From contig JBDKUY010000071.1 in the NCBI GenBank assembly GCA_039679445.1, forward strand, positions 324 through 64,323: 64,000 bases of DNA. The letters run 5' to 3'. Below the pieces are notes generated by a model. That model saw only the letters and a list, made by a program, of their open reading frames with translations. It was not told the DNA's origin and ran no database searches. Source of the stretch: Methanofastidiosum sp. GTDB taxonomy: Archaea > Methanobacteriota_B > Thermococci > Methanofastidiosales > Methanofastidiosaceae. Below are positions 50,901-59,550 of this stretch, one piece after another (the first letter of the stretch is position 1; each line of letters begins with the position of its first letter). Made by a program: the position numbers and the translations under genes.

Positions 50901-53900
50901 CATTTGACAAGGTTCCGTGCTTCCATGGGTCCGCTAATGTTCCAGAGCCAGGTGGTATTGTTCCTCCTGTTCCGGGGTATTGATTTGTACTAATACCGCC
51001 AAAGGTCATGTTTATAGGCAAAACATCATAGAATTCAACATTTAGTGCAGGTGCAGATCCACTATTTGTGATAATAAGTCTCCATTCAACAATATCCCCA
51101 GGTTCTGCGGCAACGCTATTGGTATAAGTTATTCCACCTGTTGTAATATTTCGTCCCTGCTTTGATATTGATAAGGTTGGAGTTCTCCTAGTAATTTGAG
51201 AGCTAGCCTGAGGCGATAATTTAACATCACTACACGGTGTCAAGTATGCGGCCTGTGAGGTAAATGTTCCTGTTGAAGGCATATCACAACTTGAACGGAT
51301 TCTAAACGTAATCGCTATTTCAGATGAAGGCGCCATAGCTCCTAATCCCGGAATTTGGGCTTTAGTCCATCTAACTGGATTTGCACCAACATTTTCAGAT
51401 TCAGCTGGATTTCCGGAGCCCACAACATAAGAAATTCCTGTTGGCAAATTAGCCGTAACATTTACATCATAAACATATGTCAATCCAGTATTTTTGATAA
51501 TAACAGTTGCACTTTGCTCGTCACACATATTGAGTGTCTGAGGTATAATATTAGTTGTTATAGCATCTGTATTCGGTATCCTAACTGAAGCAGTATCTGT
51601 TTTTATAGGCTGGCAGTCTCCACCTAGACAACCTGCGCTTGTTGATGCTAAATTTGTCAGGTTATCACATGCATCGATATTTGCAGTAAAAATAATCTCA
51701 GTTTTGTCTCCGGCATTAATTTTATCTATTATCCAAGTAGCACCGTTAATTGGATTACCATTTCGGTCTTGATTAATATGAAGTTGAGAATAAGTTCCGC
51801 TTGAAGAATTATAAGATAGTCCTGCACCTATAACCTCTTCTAGCCATATATTGTAACTCGCACCGCTTCCTGCATTTGTAAGACAAAGCTTCCATGTGGC
51901 CTTGTCAGTTGTAGCCCAGAGTAATTCTGGAACTTTCATTAAGCATACATTGCCGCTAAGGACTAAGGGATTTTGTGTAGCAACGTTTTGACATGCCCTG
52001 TCATATGTTCCATTTCTATTACATAATCCATCCCAGTAAAGACTAGCACTCATGCCCCCTTGATCTGCACATTTCTTAGTTACATTCATTAATATTCTAG
52101 CTTGAGTGTTAGTAGCAAAATAATCTCCGTATCTCCAAACAAAGTCTGTTGGGCTGTTATTGCTCTCTAACGGAGTATGGCCCACATAAGAGATAGAATT
52201 AATATGATAGTTGCTAAGGGGGAATACTGCTTCCACATCGTATGCTCCAACTGAAGAACTTCTATTAAGTACTAATTCTATATCATAAGTCCCACATTTA
52301 TCAACAATTGGCGGAAGTCCACTAATACTAATACCCATTTGTGAATCATTTACAAGGACAAATGTGCCTATCCTTATCTGCTGAGAGTTCTCATAACAAC
52401 TGCCGCTAACTACAGTTTTTCCTGTGTTTAGAATTGACCAGTCAAAGAAAGGTTCAGACCCACAAGAAGGGCTCGAAGAATTTTGAGTAGACATATTATA
52501 TTCTAATGTTAGCCTAGTATTTCTAATCGAAGTTGTATTCGCATCAAAACATGAAGAGAAATCTATATCGGAAAAGTTCACGTCCAAGTATGTCGAAGCT
52601 GCGGGTGCGTAGTAAACAATGCAAGTTCCATTAATGTCTATTTTGACTTGCCCTTGAAGAACCTGGTTATTTGGCCTTTCCTCTCTGAATTTTAGAGCCG
52701 ATACGTTAACATCATCCCAGAAACTAATATCTGAAAAATTAAATTCATTTGTATATTTTATTGAAGTACATTTCTCAAAATTATAACTAGATGAAACATA
52801 TTTATTAGATGAAACAGTTTCTGAGCATTCAAGTACTGTTGACTGAGAAGATGAAGCCGTTCTAACACAACCACAACAGTCTGTAACTGTAGCAGTTACA
52901 TTATTTGTGGCTGTGGTATAACAATATTCACAATCAGAATAAGTTGGGGATTGAAGAGTAATTGATGTATTTAGACCTAGTGCAGGAGTAACAGTCCAAG
53001 TGATGGTATTTCCAGAAACACTGCCGCCGCCGGCATTTATTATAGAAAATCCTGAAGGTATAGTATCCACAACAACTATGTTTGAAGCAGAGCTATTACC
53101 ACACGATGTTGGACCAGAATAAGATGCAGTAATATTGTAAGTTATAGATTCTCCTAAGTACATCTGTGAGGGCGCACCAGTTTTTGAAACAGAAACTGAG
53201 GGAATATTCTGAACAGAATAACTGCCAAACTTAACAGGAGGATAAAAAACTTGATTGCAATAAAAATATTCTGGCCTAAATATAACTGTACCAGATGGCA
53301 ATGACCCGCACCAATCACCTGAAGGAACTAAATCGAATGTAAGATTAGTAGCTCCATTTGGAATATCTCCAAGGACAAAATATTTTCCAGTATTATTGTA
53401 AGATGCCCCAGCTGGGGAAGTAATATTTGCAACAGTTAAACTTCCAAAATCAGCAGACAAATTAAAATCATAAGCTTTTCCGCCAGTATTTGTAATTGGA
53501 ATGGTAAAAGTGTTTCCAACACCGCAGTAATTAATATTAAAAGAAGGAACAGTATAATCTATCTTTGGCGGATTTGGTTGAAAAGCTATACTTGCTATAG
53601 TTTCTTGAGTTTGACAAACACCGCAACTTCCCCATGTAACACTCGCAGTATCATATAATTGGGTACACCCAATAACTTTTGCACTTATTTGGATTAGTAC
53701 CTCATCGTCTGGTTCCATATGAGAAAGAGCGGGAATTTGTGTAGATGTCCATTCCAATGTTCCAAGACTTGTTACTACACCTGCAGGTGAAGAAGAAATG
53801 TATTGCAATCCCGGTTGTAAAGTATCTGTTATAACTACATTTTCAATTGGCCCAAGCCCAGTACTTGTCACTGTTATAGTCCATGAAACATTATTCTCTA

Positions 53901-54342
53901 AAGTGGCATTTTGAGTAGAAGGTGTTTTTTCTATTGTAACCGCACCTTGATACACTGTAATTGGTTTTGTAAAAGATAGAGAGTGTGAGCTATTATTATA
54001 ATCATATGCCCCATTTGCAGAAATATTTCCAACTTGTGCATTGCACAAAGTGTTAACTCTGATCTTTTTTATATCAGAAAGACCCGGACCTAAGGAAGAT
54101 ACATTGTGTTCAAGGGTGTCAGAAGTGCTAAATCCTATTGGTAAGGTAATTACATAATTAATATCAATTGCAGTTTCATTGACTGAAGTATTTCTTAAGG
54201 TAACATTATAATCATAAGGAAAACAATTATAGACTGCAGCATTTCCGTCAATGCTTATATCTATGATCTGGGCAGAGACAGGTATTAAAGAAAAACTTAG
54301 TATAGAAAGTAATAAAATAAATATAATAGATGGTTTATTCAT
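47998..54342 (-). CDS. Giant secreted surface protein (2114 aa) with many DUF11 'conserved repeat' domains and a Cys-rich C-terminal domain
   Basis: Signal peptide MNKPSIIFILLLSILSFSLIPVSA. Reiterated blocks of the type GENVHYTITVRNTGNSSAYDVVIQDQIP. A final ~150 aa that is hydrophilic, helical and carries 8 Cys, with no TM helix. Confidence 0.7.
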   Translation of the reverse strand: MNKPSIIFILLLSILSFSLIPVSAQIIDISIDGNAAVYNCFPYDYNVTLRNTSVNETAIDINYVITLPIGFSTSDTLEHNVSSLGPGLSDIKKIRVNTLCNAQVGNISANGAYDYNNSSHSLSFTKPITVYQGAVTIEKTPSTQNATLENNVSWTITVTSTGLGPIENVVITDTLQPGLQYISSSPAGVVTSLGTLEWTSTQIPALSHMEPDDEVLIQISAKVIGCTQLYDTASVTWGSCGVCQTQETIASIAFQPNPPKIDYTVPSFNINYCGVGNTFTIPITNTGGKAYDFNLSADFGSLTVANITSPAGASYNNTGKYFVLGDIPNGATNLTFDLVPSGDWCGSLPSGTVIFRPEYFYCNQVFYPPVKFGSYSVQNIPSVSVSKTGAPSQMYLGESITYNITASYSGPTSCGNSSASNIVVVDTIPSGFSIINAGGGSVSGNTITWTVTPALGLNTSITLQSPTYSDCEYCYTTATNNVTATVTDCCGCVRTASSSQSTVLECSETVSSNKYVSSSYNFEKCTSIKYTNEFNFSDISFWDDVNVSALKFREERPNNQVLQGQVKIDINGTCIVYYAPAASTYLDVNFSDIDFSSCFDANTTSIRNTRLTLEYNMSTQNSSSPSCGSEPFFDWSILNTGKTVVSGSCYENSQQIRIGTFVLVNDSQMGISISGLPPIVDKCGTYDIELVLNRSSSVGAYDVEAVFPLSNYHINSISYVGHTPLESNNSPTDFVWRYGDYFATNTQARILMNVTKKCADQGGMSASLYWDGLCNRNGTYDRACQNVATQNPLVLSGNVCLMKVPELLWATTDKATWKLCLTNAGSGASYNIWLEEVIGAGLSYNSSSGTYSQLHINQDRNGNPINGATWIIDKINAGDKTEIIFTANIDACDNLTNLASTSAGCLGGDCQPIKTDTASVRIPNTDAITTNIIPQTLNMCDEQSATVIIKNTGLTYVYDVNVTANLPTGISYVVGSGNPAESENVGANPVRWTKAQIPGLGAMAPSSEIAITFRIRSSCDMPSTGTFTSQAAYLTPCSDVKLSPQASSQITRRTPTLSISKQGRNITTGGITYTNSVAAEPGDIVEWRLIITNSGSAPALNVEFYDVLPINMTFGGISTNQYPGTGGTIPPGSGTLADPWKHGTLSNVSGSNTATYYVWGSVSKCDVSRNNTAYVRYGCDVPCINYIASTGTRSLRTRPNITITPSIVGTFTTCDGTIRLVIQNSSGYPTSYNVIVTSTLPPGFVFDSMVNGPNPTPNPPSNPAQPIWSLGNMSGNTTTTLEFRVKNDGISCGTVTPGTNNVRVDYQDSCSNNLFVTNNTLAINPLKPILSVSKTPVIQPVAPGGTGSWTITITNTGNAPAYNVTVIDTLSADWGVPIIAGNGTNGEVPSLVGNTITWQIPGPIPQSGGTWSAPLSARLNDVSSTGTNGVIAVGKCSNGCIYSSATASARIINIQGLFKESEKEKATIGEGVVFDLAVVYSGVSANYTNTTIIDHLPDGIEYVSHTYTDTYGGTIQQFTQNGQVLTWKLGTPLGESNRNFTGPNNVMIKITGLIKNIRPDNVIGVVLVNNANTSFIQDGAPYNISDLDDVRIVEPNLTIEKQGDKTQGLPGENVHYTITVRNTGNSSAYDVVIQDQIPSGLILVGGSITSSPTADTTMVIGDDDIIQWTYRSIPPNNAVILEYDATIPPQGGSFTNTVTNTEYFSLPVGNDERRQYDPLSDDWNVISPGTDLQKVTLNTDINVPSPGGIVYFSLTITNTGVMTLNPVKLIDYLPDGLTYRPGYSTVGGIPYEPNSIVGSPQVLTWDNIGTMNPTEVIIVQFQATVDPGRIGTFTNQATVIGTSSIGDVTDTDTSNVGVKGPAINITKSVEPPWGKNGFTNEYTLVITNTGEVILDPVTVTDTLPVGLTYANLSSIAPDTVLVNSNGTTTITWNNIGPLAVGESKTIKSSAKFNGLENKSINYAETEGTPPNGDPVSDNDQVEILKHPGINPRETLRIITKGYMKRCDLCYTQDLIKEAREVITHQYIVDEDDTCCRPDDIIEELKIEILNRGLDKDPRYIRAIKLLDDSERLCREANEAFDKGNYGLAQRLTKEKCEAISEAMRLMIDSLSTKN

Positions 54343-54545
54343 GTAAAATTTAAAATTTATTGATATATAAAGTTTACGGTTTTGGTAATCGATTACTGAA
54401 TATATAGTTACAATAACTAAGTATTTAGGTTAGATACCACACAATTAACATAAAAATATTGATATAAAAAAAAATGCAACATGAATACTTTATTAATGGA
54501 ATATTGTTTTACATTGACCTTTAAAAAAAATAATTAAATAATAAA

Positions 54546-56294
54546 TTAAAGTCCCTTGAATGCTTTGTCAATTAGCTTTTTCTCAGGAGGTTTTGTCAGT
54601 AGACTTACAATTATCATAAGTGCAACTGATATAGGTATTGCAATGAAAAATGGGTCAAGTTGTGTGAGTGAAGCCTTAGCATTTAGTAATACTGGTTTCC
54701 CAAATATCCATTGACATATCCTCAAAGGCTCAGATTCAGATACTTTAAAGAATAATGTCCATATTATCCAGGATAAGAATCCTCCGACCATTGAAGCTAT
54801 TGCGCCCATTCTTGTTGATCTTCTCCAGAACAATGCTCCTGTGTATGCAGGCAAGAAAACTGCACTGCACATACCCATGAATATTGTTGTACCTCTAGCA
54901 ATTATTGCCGGAGGAAGTATGTACCCTAAAGCAAGAGATACTAAGACTGTTGCACCAATTCCAATTTTTGTCACAGTTACTGCATTAATCTTCTCTGAAG
55001 ATTTTCTTAGCCAGACGTGATAAAAGTCGTGCCCGAAAGAAGTCCCCATAGCATGGAACTGCCCCGAAATAGTAGACATTGCAGCCGATATTAGGGTAAT
55101 CATAAATAGTATGACAAACCAACTTGGGAACCTGTAATTGACATATTCAGGTATCGCAGAATCGGTCCAGTAAACATACTCTGATGGCCTTCCAACAAGT
55201 TTACCGCTTTCATCGTATTTGAAATACAAATCTCTGATCTGTTGATTTGATAGCCCCGGATTGTAATCGGCTTTTATTACTTCGACACCCTCTTTTTCAA
55301 AATATGAATTAGTAAGAGATCCAACTGTGAAGGCAACACCTGTCATCAAAAGGATGAAAACTCCCCCTATCCCCACAGCTTTAGTAAGATCACGTTTGTT
55401 TTTTGCAGTCATACAACGGACTGCGAGTTGAGGTTGCGCAAGTACCCCTACACCAACACCGAATATCAGACCCATAAGAACTGACCAAAATATCCCTTGC
55501 GTGTCATTTAGTCCACTGGCATCGGCTGGGGTATTTCCAAGACTCATGGTAGGAAAAGAAGTAAATCCTTGATGGCCAAATATACTAAGGGGCGCCCCTT
55601 TATTTGTCAGCATTGAATATGAATCTGTAAGCTGGAAATTTTCAAGGGATTGGTGAGCTGCTGTTACGCCTCCGAATGCAGCATAGGTACCTACCAAAAG
55701 TAATATCATCCCAATTGCCATTATAGTTCCCTGTAATGCATCGGTGTATAGCACCGCCAGTAATCCACCAAAGAGAACGTAACCTGCGACTATTCCAGTC
55801 ATTACAATCAAGGCAAGATTAAAATTAAGATTAAATGTTGATTCAATCATTCTTGCTGCCCCAATTATAACAACAGACGCATATAAAGGCATGAATATCG
55901 TGATAAGCAGACCAAAGGAACCTTGTAAGGTCTTGGAATCGAATCTCTTACCAACAATTTCAGGGAATGTGAGTGCACCTAAATTTTGCCCAACATGCCT
56001 TGCTCTGTTTCCCCAGACGACAAATGCCAAAAATATTCCAACAAAAATATTCATGAATGTAAGCCAGAGAAGCCCCATCCCGAACATGGAAGCCGAGCCT
56101 CCAAATCCCACTATTGCCGATGTACTGATAAAAGTAGCACCGTAAGAAATCGCAATAATGTATGGGTGGACATTTCTTCCAGCCAACATATAATCTTCCT
56201 TGTTTTTTGTTTCCTTCCATCCTTTGTGGGCTAGAAAACCAGTAACAGCAAGATAACAGAATATTACAATAATTGATAAAGCTGTATTTTCCAT
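54546..56294 (-). CDS. Sodium:solute symporter family transporter
   Basis: 13-14 TM helices with SSF-type organisation. 582 aa. Confidence 0.8.
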   Translation of the reverse strand: MENTALSIIVIFCYLAVTGFLAHKGWKETKNKEDYMLAGRNVHPYIIAISYGATFISTSAIVGFGGSASMFGMGLLWLTFMNIFVGIFLAFVVWGNRARHVGQNLGALTFPEIVGKRFDSKTLQGSFGLLITIFMPLYASVVIIGAARMIESTFNLNFNLALIVMTGIVAGYVLFGGLLAVLYTDALQGTIMAIGMILLLVGTYAAFGGVTAAHQSLENFQLTDSYSMLTNKGAPLSIFGHQGFTSFPTMSLGNTPADASGLNDTQGIFWSVLMGLIFGVGVGVLAQPQLAVRCMTAKNKRDLTKAVGIGGVFILLMTGVAFTVGSLTNSYFEKEGVEVIKADYNPGLSNQQIRDLYFKYDESGKLVGRPSEYVYWTDSAIPEYVNYRFPSWFVILFMITLISAAMSTISGQFHAMGTSFGHDFYHVWLRKSSEKINAVTVTKIGIGATVLVSLALGYILPPAIIARGTTIFMGMCSAVFLPAYTGALFWRRSTRMGAIASMVGGFLSWIIWTLFFKVSESEPLRICQWIFGKPVLLNAKASLTQLDPFFIAIPISVALMIIVSLLTKPPEKKLIDKAFKGL

Positions 56295-56298
56295 AATA

Positions 56299-56409
56299 TC
56301 ACTCTTTATTCTCCTTCAATTTGACTACAGACCACCCTACGCAAAGCAGAGTAGACAAAATGGTCAACAGATATGCTGACCACACCCATGGATCAGAAAT
56401 TCCTAACAT
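56299..56409 (-). CDS. Small (36 aa) single-TM protein, translationally coupled to the SSF transporter
   Basis: ATG at 56409 on the minus strand gives MLGISDPWVWSAYLLTILSTLLCVGWSVVKLKENKE. Its TGA stop lies 4 nt before the symporter ATG. Below the ORF-track length cutoff. Confidence 0.4.
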   Translation of the reverse strand: MLGISDPWVWSAYLLTILSTLLCVGWSVVKLKENKE

Positions 56410-56632
56410 TTTAAATCACGAGTTAAATAAGAGTTTAATATTTATAAATATTTCGTGTGTAATACGAATTTTTAAATAAAATTACAATATAACTAGTATA
56501 ATAAAAATTTATTAATTGGATTAATTAATTATAGGATAAAATAAATAATATTTCAAATATCGGCATACAATATCTTTAAATATTGTATAATCCTCTATTT
56601 TTATATTAACACATTAAAATTAAGATGGGGTT

Positions 56633-57391
56633 TTGATGGAACTATGGAATTTTATTCTGAACAGCCAGAAGCGAATGGATATACTGGATGAATTGTCCCT
56701 TACTAATCCTCAAAAAAGTCTTGATATTGCAAAAAAACTAGAGATGAGATGGCAGGATGTTTCTACCCAGTTGAATCTCTTTGTTGAAAAAAAGCTTGCT
56801 GCCAAGGATGGAACCCAGTTTTATCTGTCCAAACAGGGGCAAATTTACAAATCACAGATCAAAAATCTTCAAGACCTAGAAAACAATGTGGAGAAATATT
56901 CCGATTTTATTGAAAAACACAATATAGAAAAAATCCCAAACTGTTTTGTTAGAGATTTCTTGAGCTGGGAAAAAAATAAATTGAGCCATCTTACACCCCT
57001 TGATGTCTTCCCATTCATCTCAAAAAATGTAAAAGGTTCTAAAACTGAGCACCTGGGCGTATTCTCCAGGATTTCAAAGGACATCCAAGATATATTTTCA
57101 GGAATGGGTGATGGCGTAAACCTCAGGATAATATACCCAATAGAAGAAATAGACAAACTGAATAAAAATGACTATCTCCTGGATAATCAAAAATATGAAG
57201 TGAGATTTGTAGAAAGAAAGGATATGTACTGCGTTATGCAGGTGTGCGATAGGAATTTTTCTTGGATAGGATTTGAAGATCATAAAAATGAGTTCGATTA
57301 TCTTAACATCATAGAGGGGAATGATATTAGATTTTTAGACTGGTCGATATCAAACTTTGAATTCCTATGGAAGAATTCTAAAAAACTTTAG
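56633..57391 (+). CDS. Winged-HTH transcriptional regulator with C-terminal ligand/sensor-type domain (archaeal DUF1724-like architecture)
   Basis: N-terminal ArsR-like wHTH (KRMDILDELSLTNPQKSLDIAKKLEMRWQDVSTQL). ~170-aa C-terminal domain. Confidence 0.45.
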   Translation: MMELWNFILNSQKRMDILDELSLTNPQKSLDIAKKLEMRWQDVSTQLNLFVEKKLAAKDGTQFYLSKQGQIYKSQIKNLQDLENNVEKYSDFIEKHNIEKIPNCFVRDFLSWEKNKLSHLTPLDVFPFISKNVKGSKTEHLGVFSRISKDIQDIFSGMGDGVNLRIIYPIEEIDKLNKNDYLLDNQKYEVRFVERKDMYCVMQVCDRNFSWIGFEDHKNEFDYLNIIEGNDIRFLDWSISNFEFLWKNSKKL

Positions 57392-57398
57392 GGATATA

Positions 57399-58427
57399 AT
57401 GGATTTTCCAGATAGATTAACAAAGGCTTTTGAAGTAACTGAAAAACATTTTGATTCTATAAATATTGAAAGGGCAATTTTTTTATCTTACTACTGTGAT
57501 CTAAAAGACTGCAAATTCTGTTATATGTCTACTATAAAATCTAGCCCAAAAAAAGGATTAAGAAGTATTGAATCACTTTTTGCCGAAGCTTTTCTTGTAA
57601 AAATGGCAAATTGGAAGGTAGAGTTTTTATCTTCAGGTTATGGTGTTTATGATACCAAAAAAATAGTAGATATAGTCAAAGGGATTGCATGTATAACAGG
57701 TGAGCCAGTGTGGCTTAATACTGGAATACTTGAAAGAGATGATCTATCTGTTTTCGAAAATGAATTGAAAGGCGTTACTGCATCTATAGAAACTTTTACT
57801 GAAGAGCTCTTTCAAAAACTATGCCCTTCAAAAAACTGGGATAAGCTAATGAATTTCTTAGATATTGCAACTGAGCTTGGATACAAGAAAGGCGTTACAA
57901 TAATACTGGGTATTGGCGAGAATAGGGAAGATCTTGAAAATCTTTTTGAGATAATTAAAAATTACAAAATAGATAGGGTAACATTTTATTCCTTAAATCC
58001 CCATAAAGGAACTATTTTTGAAGATTCAGTACCCCCGACTTCTTTATACTATCTTGATGTTGTATCAGAAACAAGATTAATGTTCCCAAAACTAGAAATC
58101 GTTACCGGTATTTGGTCGGATAGAATAAATCTAGTAGGACCTCTATTATTGGCAGGTTCAAATGGAATAACAAAGTTTTCATGGCAAAAGTTTTACGGAT
58201 CAAAACTTGGAAAATCTCTCACTTCAGAGATACAAGAATTTGAAAAGATTTCAAAAAGAAGATTCAAAGGGAGCATGACAGATATATCGCTGCTCCAGAA
58301 TAAATTGAAATTTCCCAAAGATCCCATATATAAAAATGAAGCTGTTGAGAAAGAAATAATTGAGAGATCAGATCTAATAAAAGAAAGGATAGAATCTTAT
58401 ATTTCTGAGATTAAGAAAAGTAATTAA
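57399..58427 (+). CDS. Radical-SAM-like (biotin-synthase-like TIM barrel) protein with non-canonical CX4CX2C motif
   Basis: YYCDLKDCKFCYMS cysteine triad near the N-terminus followed by a barrel-like alternating pattern. Start moved to MDFPD to avoid overlap with the upstream gene. Confidence 0.4.
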   Translation: MDFPDRLTKAFEVTEKHFDSINIERAIFLSYYCDLKDCKFCYMSTIKSSPKKGLRSIESLFAEAFLVKMANWKVEFLSSGYGVYDTKKIVDIVKGIACITGEPVWLNTGILERDDLSVFENELKGVTASIETFTEELFQKLCPSKNWDKLMNFLDIATELGYKKGVTIILGIGENREDLENLFEIIKNYKIDRVTFYSLNPHKGTIFEDSVPPTSLYYLDVVSETRLMFPKLEIVTGIWSDRINLVGPLLLAGSNGITKFSWQKFYGSKLGKSLTSEIQEFEKISKRRFKGSMTDISLLQNKLKFPKDPIYKNEAVEKEIIERSDLIKERIESYISEIKKSN

Positions 58428-58855
58428 TGATCATTTTTTACTTTATTAATGTCTTCAACTATAAGCCAATCGTCCATATTGCTATAATCACGCTTATCTA
58501 TCCCAAATGGATGAACTTCTTTTACATCTTCAATTTCTATAAGTACGAGATATCTTTTGCCAATCCACCAATCAAGCTGTTTGTCTGTCAATTTTAGTTT
58601 TTCCTGATTTCTTTCAATTAGATTCTTTGACTCTTCAGGTGACATTTTTTCTGAATTAAATACACTCTTTACTCTGGCTAAAGCTTTGACAAGTCCTTCC
58701 GAATTATTATTGATGAAATACAAGGCATCCCCAGAATTTACTTTTCCCTAGGGTAATTTTCGTCCTGTCGTACCACGAATAATCATTTTTTTGTTTCCAG
58801 AAAGTATTTTATCCATCTCTTTAGCTTTGGCATCTAGGTATACTACATGGTCCAT
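58424..58855 (-). pseudogene. ASCH-domain (YqfB-like) gene interrupted by an in-frame TAG at 58748-58750
   Basis: Reverse strand reads MDHVVYLDAKAKEMDKILSGNKKMIIRGTTGRKLP*GKVNSGDALYF..., matching the ASCH pattern ILxGxKxxTIRxxxxxxxxxGDxL across the stop. The ORF track only shows the downstream 99-aa piece from a TTG. Confidence 0.45.
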
Positions 58856-58876
58856 TATATCGCCTATTTTACCGAA

Positions 58877-59111
58877 TCAAAACTGCTTTAAATCTTTCTT
58901 TATAGGTTCTGGTAAATGGTTCCACCTAATGCCTTGGATAGCACCTTCCAATCCCTGGAGCATGCTAAAACATGCAGTATCATCGATGGTCTTTATTCTG
59001 ATAAATGCTTCTTTGCTTCCAAAGAAATCAGTTTTCAGGTGTATCGATGCCAACGGCCATAAGTTTCTTACTCACTTCTTTGCCTATGTTTGGCATTTCA
59101 GTTAATTCCAT
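58877..59111 (-). pseudogene. TfoX C-terminal-domain-like gene with a +1/-1 frameshift at an A-run (~59028-59035)
   Basis: Reverse strand reads MELTEMPNIGKEVSKKLMAVGIDTPEN* and then, in another frame, DFFGSKEAFIRIKTIDDTACFSMLQGLEGAIQGIRWNHLPEPIKKDLKQF*. Together they match the TfoX_C domain. The shift is at a GAAAAC homopolymer. Confidence 0.5.
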
Positions 59112-59113
59112 AA

Positions 59114-59500
59114 TTACCCACTTCTTTCAGATTTTCTCTTTTCCTCAAAATATTTTTTTTCCTCAATCAAATCCATGATTAGCTTATCAAAATTCCATTC
59201 GATATTGTGCTCTGTTAGGACACAAAACAAAGGCTTTGCTATGTTTATATCTGAGAAATTATATAGGAGATATCGTATTTCCTCATCCAAAAAATCGAGG
59301 AACATCAAAACCTTATCCTGTTTATCTTCGAAGAAAGAGCTTTCATCGCTTTCAACTATTTCTGCTATTTTAGTATTTTCTTTTCCAGATGCAGAAATTA
59401 TTTCTAGATTAATATTAAATTTGTTATCAAGGAAGCTTTTTAATTTATTGATATCCTCTTCAGAGTAACCGTATACAACAATGTGCTTTTGCTTTTTCAT
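59114..59500 (-). CDS. Hypothetical acidic protein
   Basis: 128-aa ORF whose stop lies 2 nt before the TfoX_C-like start. No recognisable motif. Confidence 0.35.
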   Translation of the reverse strand: MKKQKHIVVYGYSEEDINKLKSFLDNKFNINLEIISASGKENTKIAEIVESDESSFFEDKQDKVLMFLDFLDEEIRYLLYNFSDINIAKPLFCVLTEHNIEWNFDKLIMDLIEEKKYFEEKRKSERSG

Positions 59501-59550
59501 GAAAAATTAGGATAATTTTATCTTTATAACTTCTTTGTAAAGAGATTGAA

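Noticed and set aside
47998-54342. Possibility that the 6.3-kb repeat-rich region is a mobile element or tandem DNA repeat rather than one gene
   Set aside because: A single uninterrupted reading frame begins with a good signal peptide. The repeats are diverged at DNA level and recognisable only as protein motifs, consistent with an authentic giant surface protein gene.
58791-59105. 104-aa plus-strand ORF in the track
   Set aside because: The opposite strand over the same interval carries the recognisable TfoX_C-like and ASCH-like remnants. The plus-strand ORF is a shadow frame.
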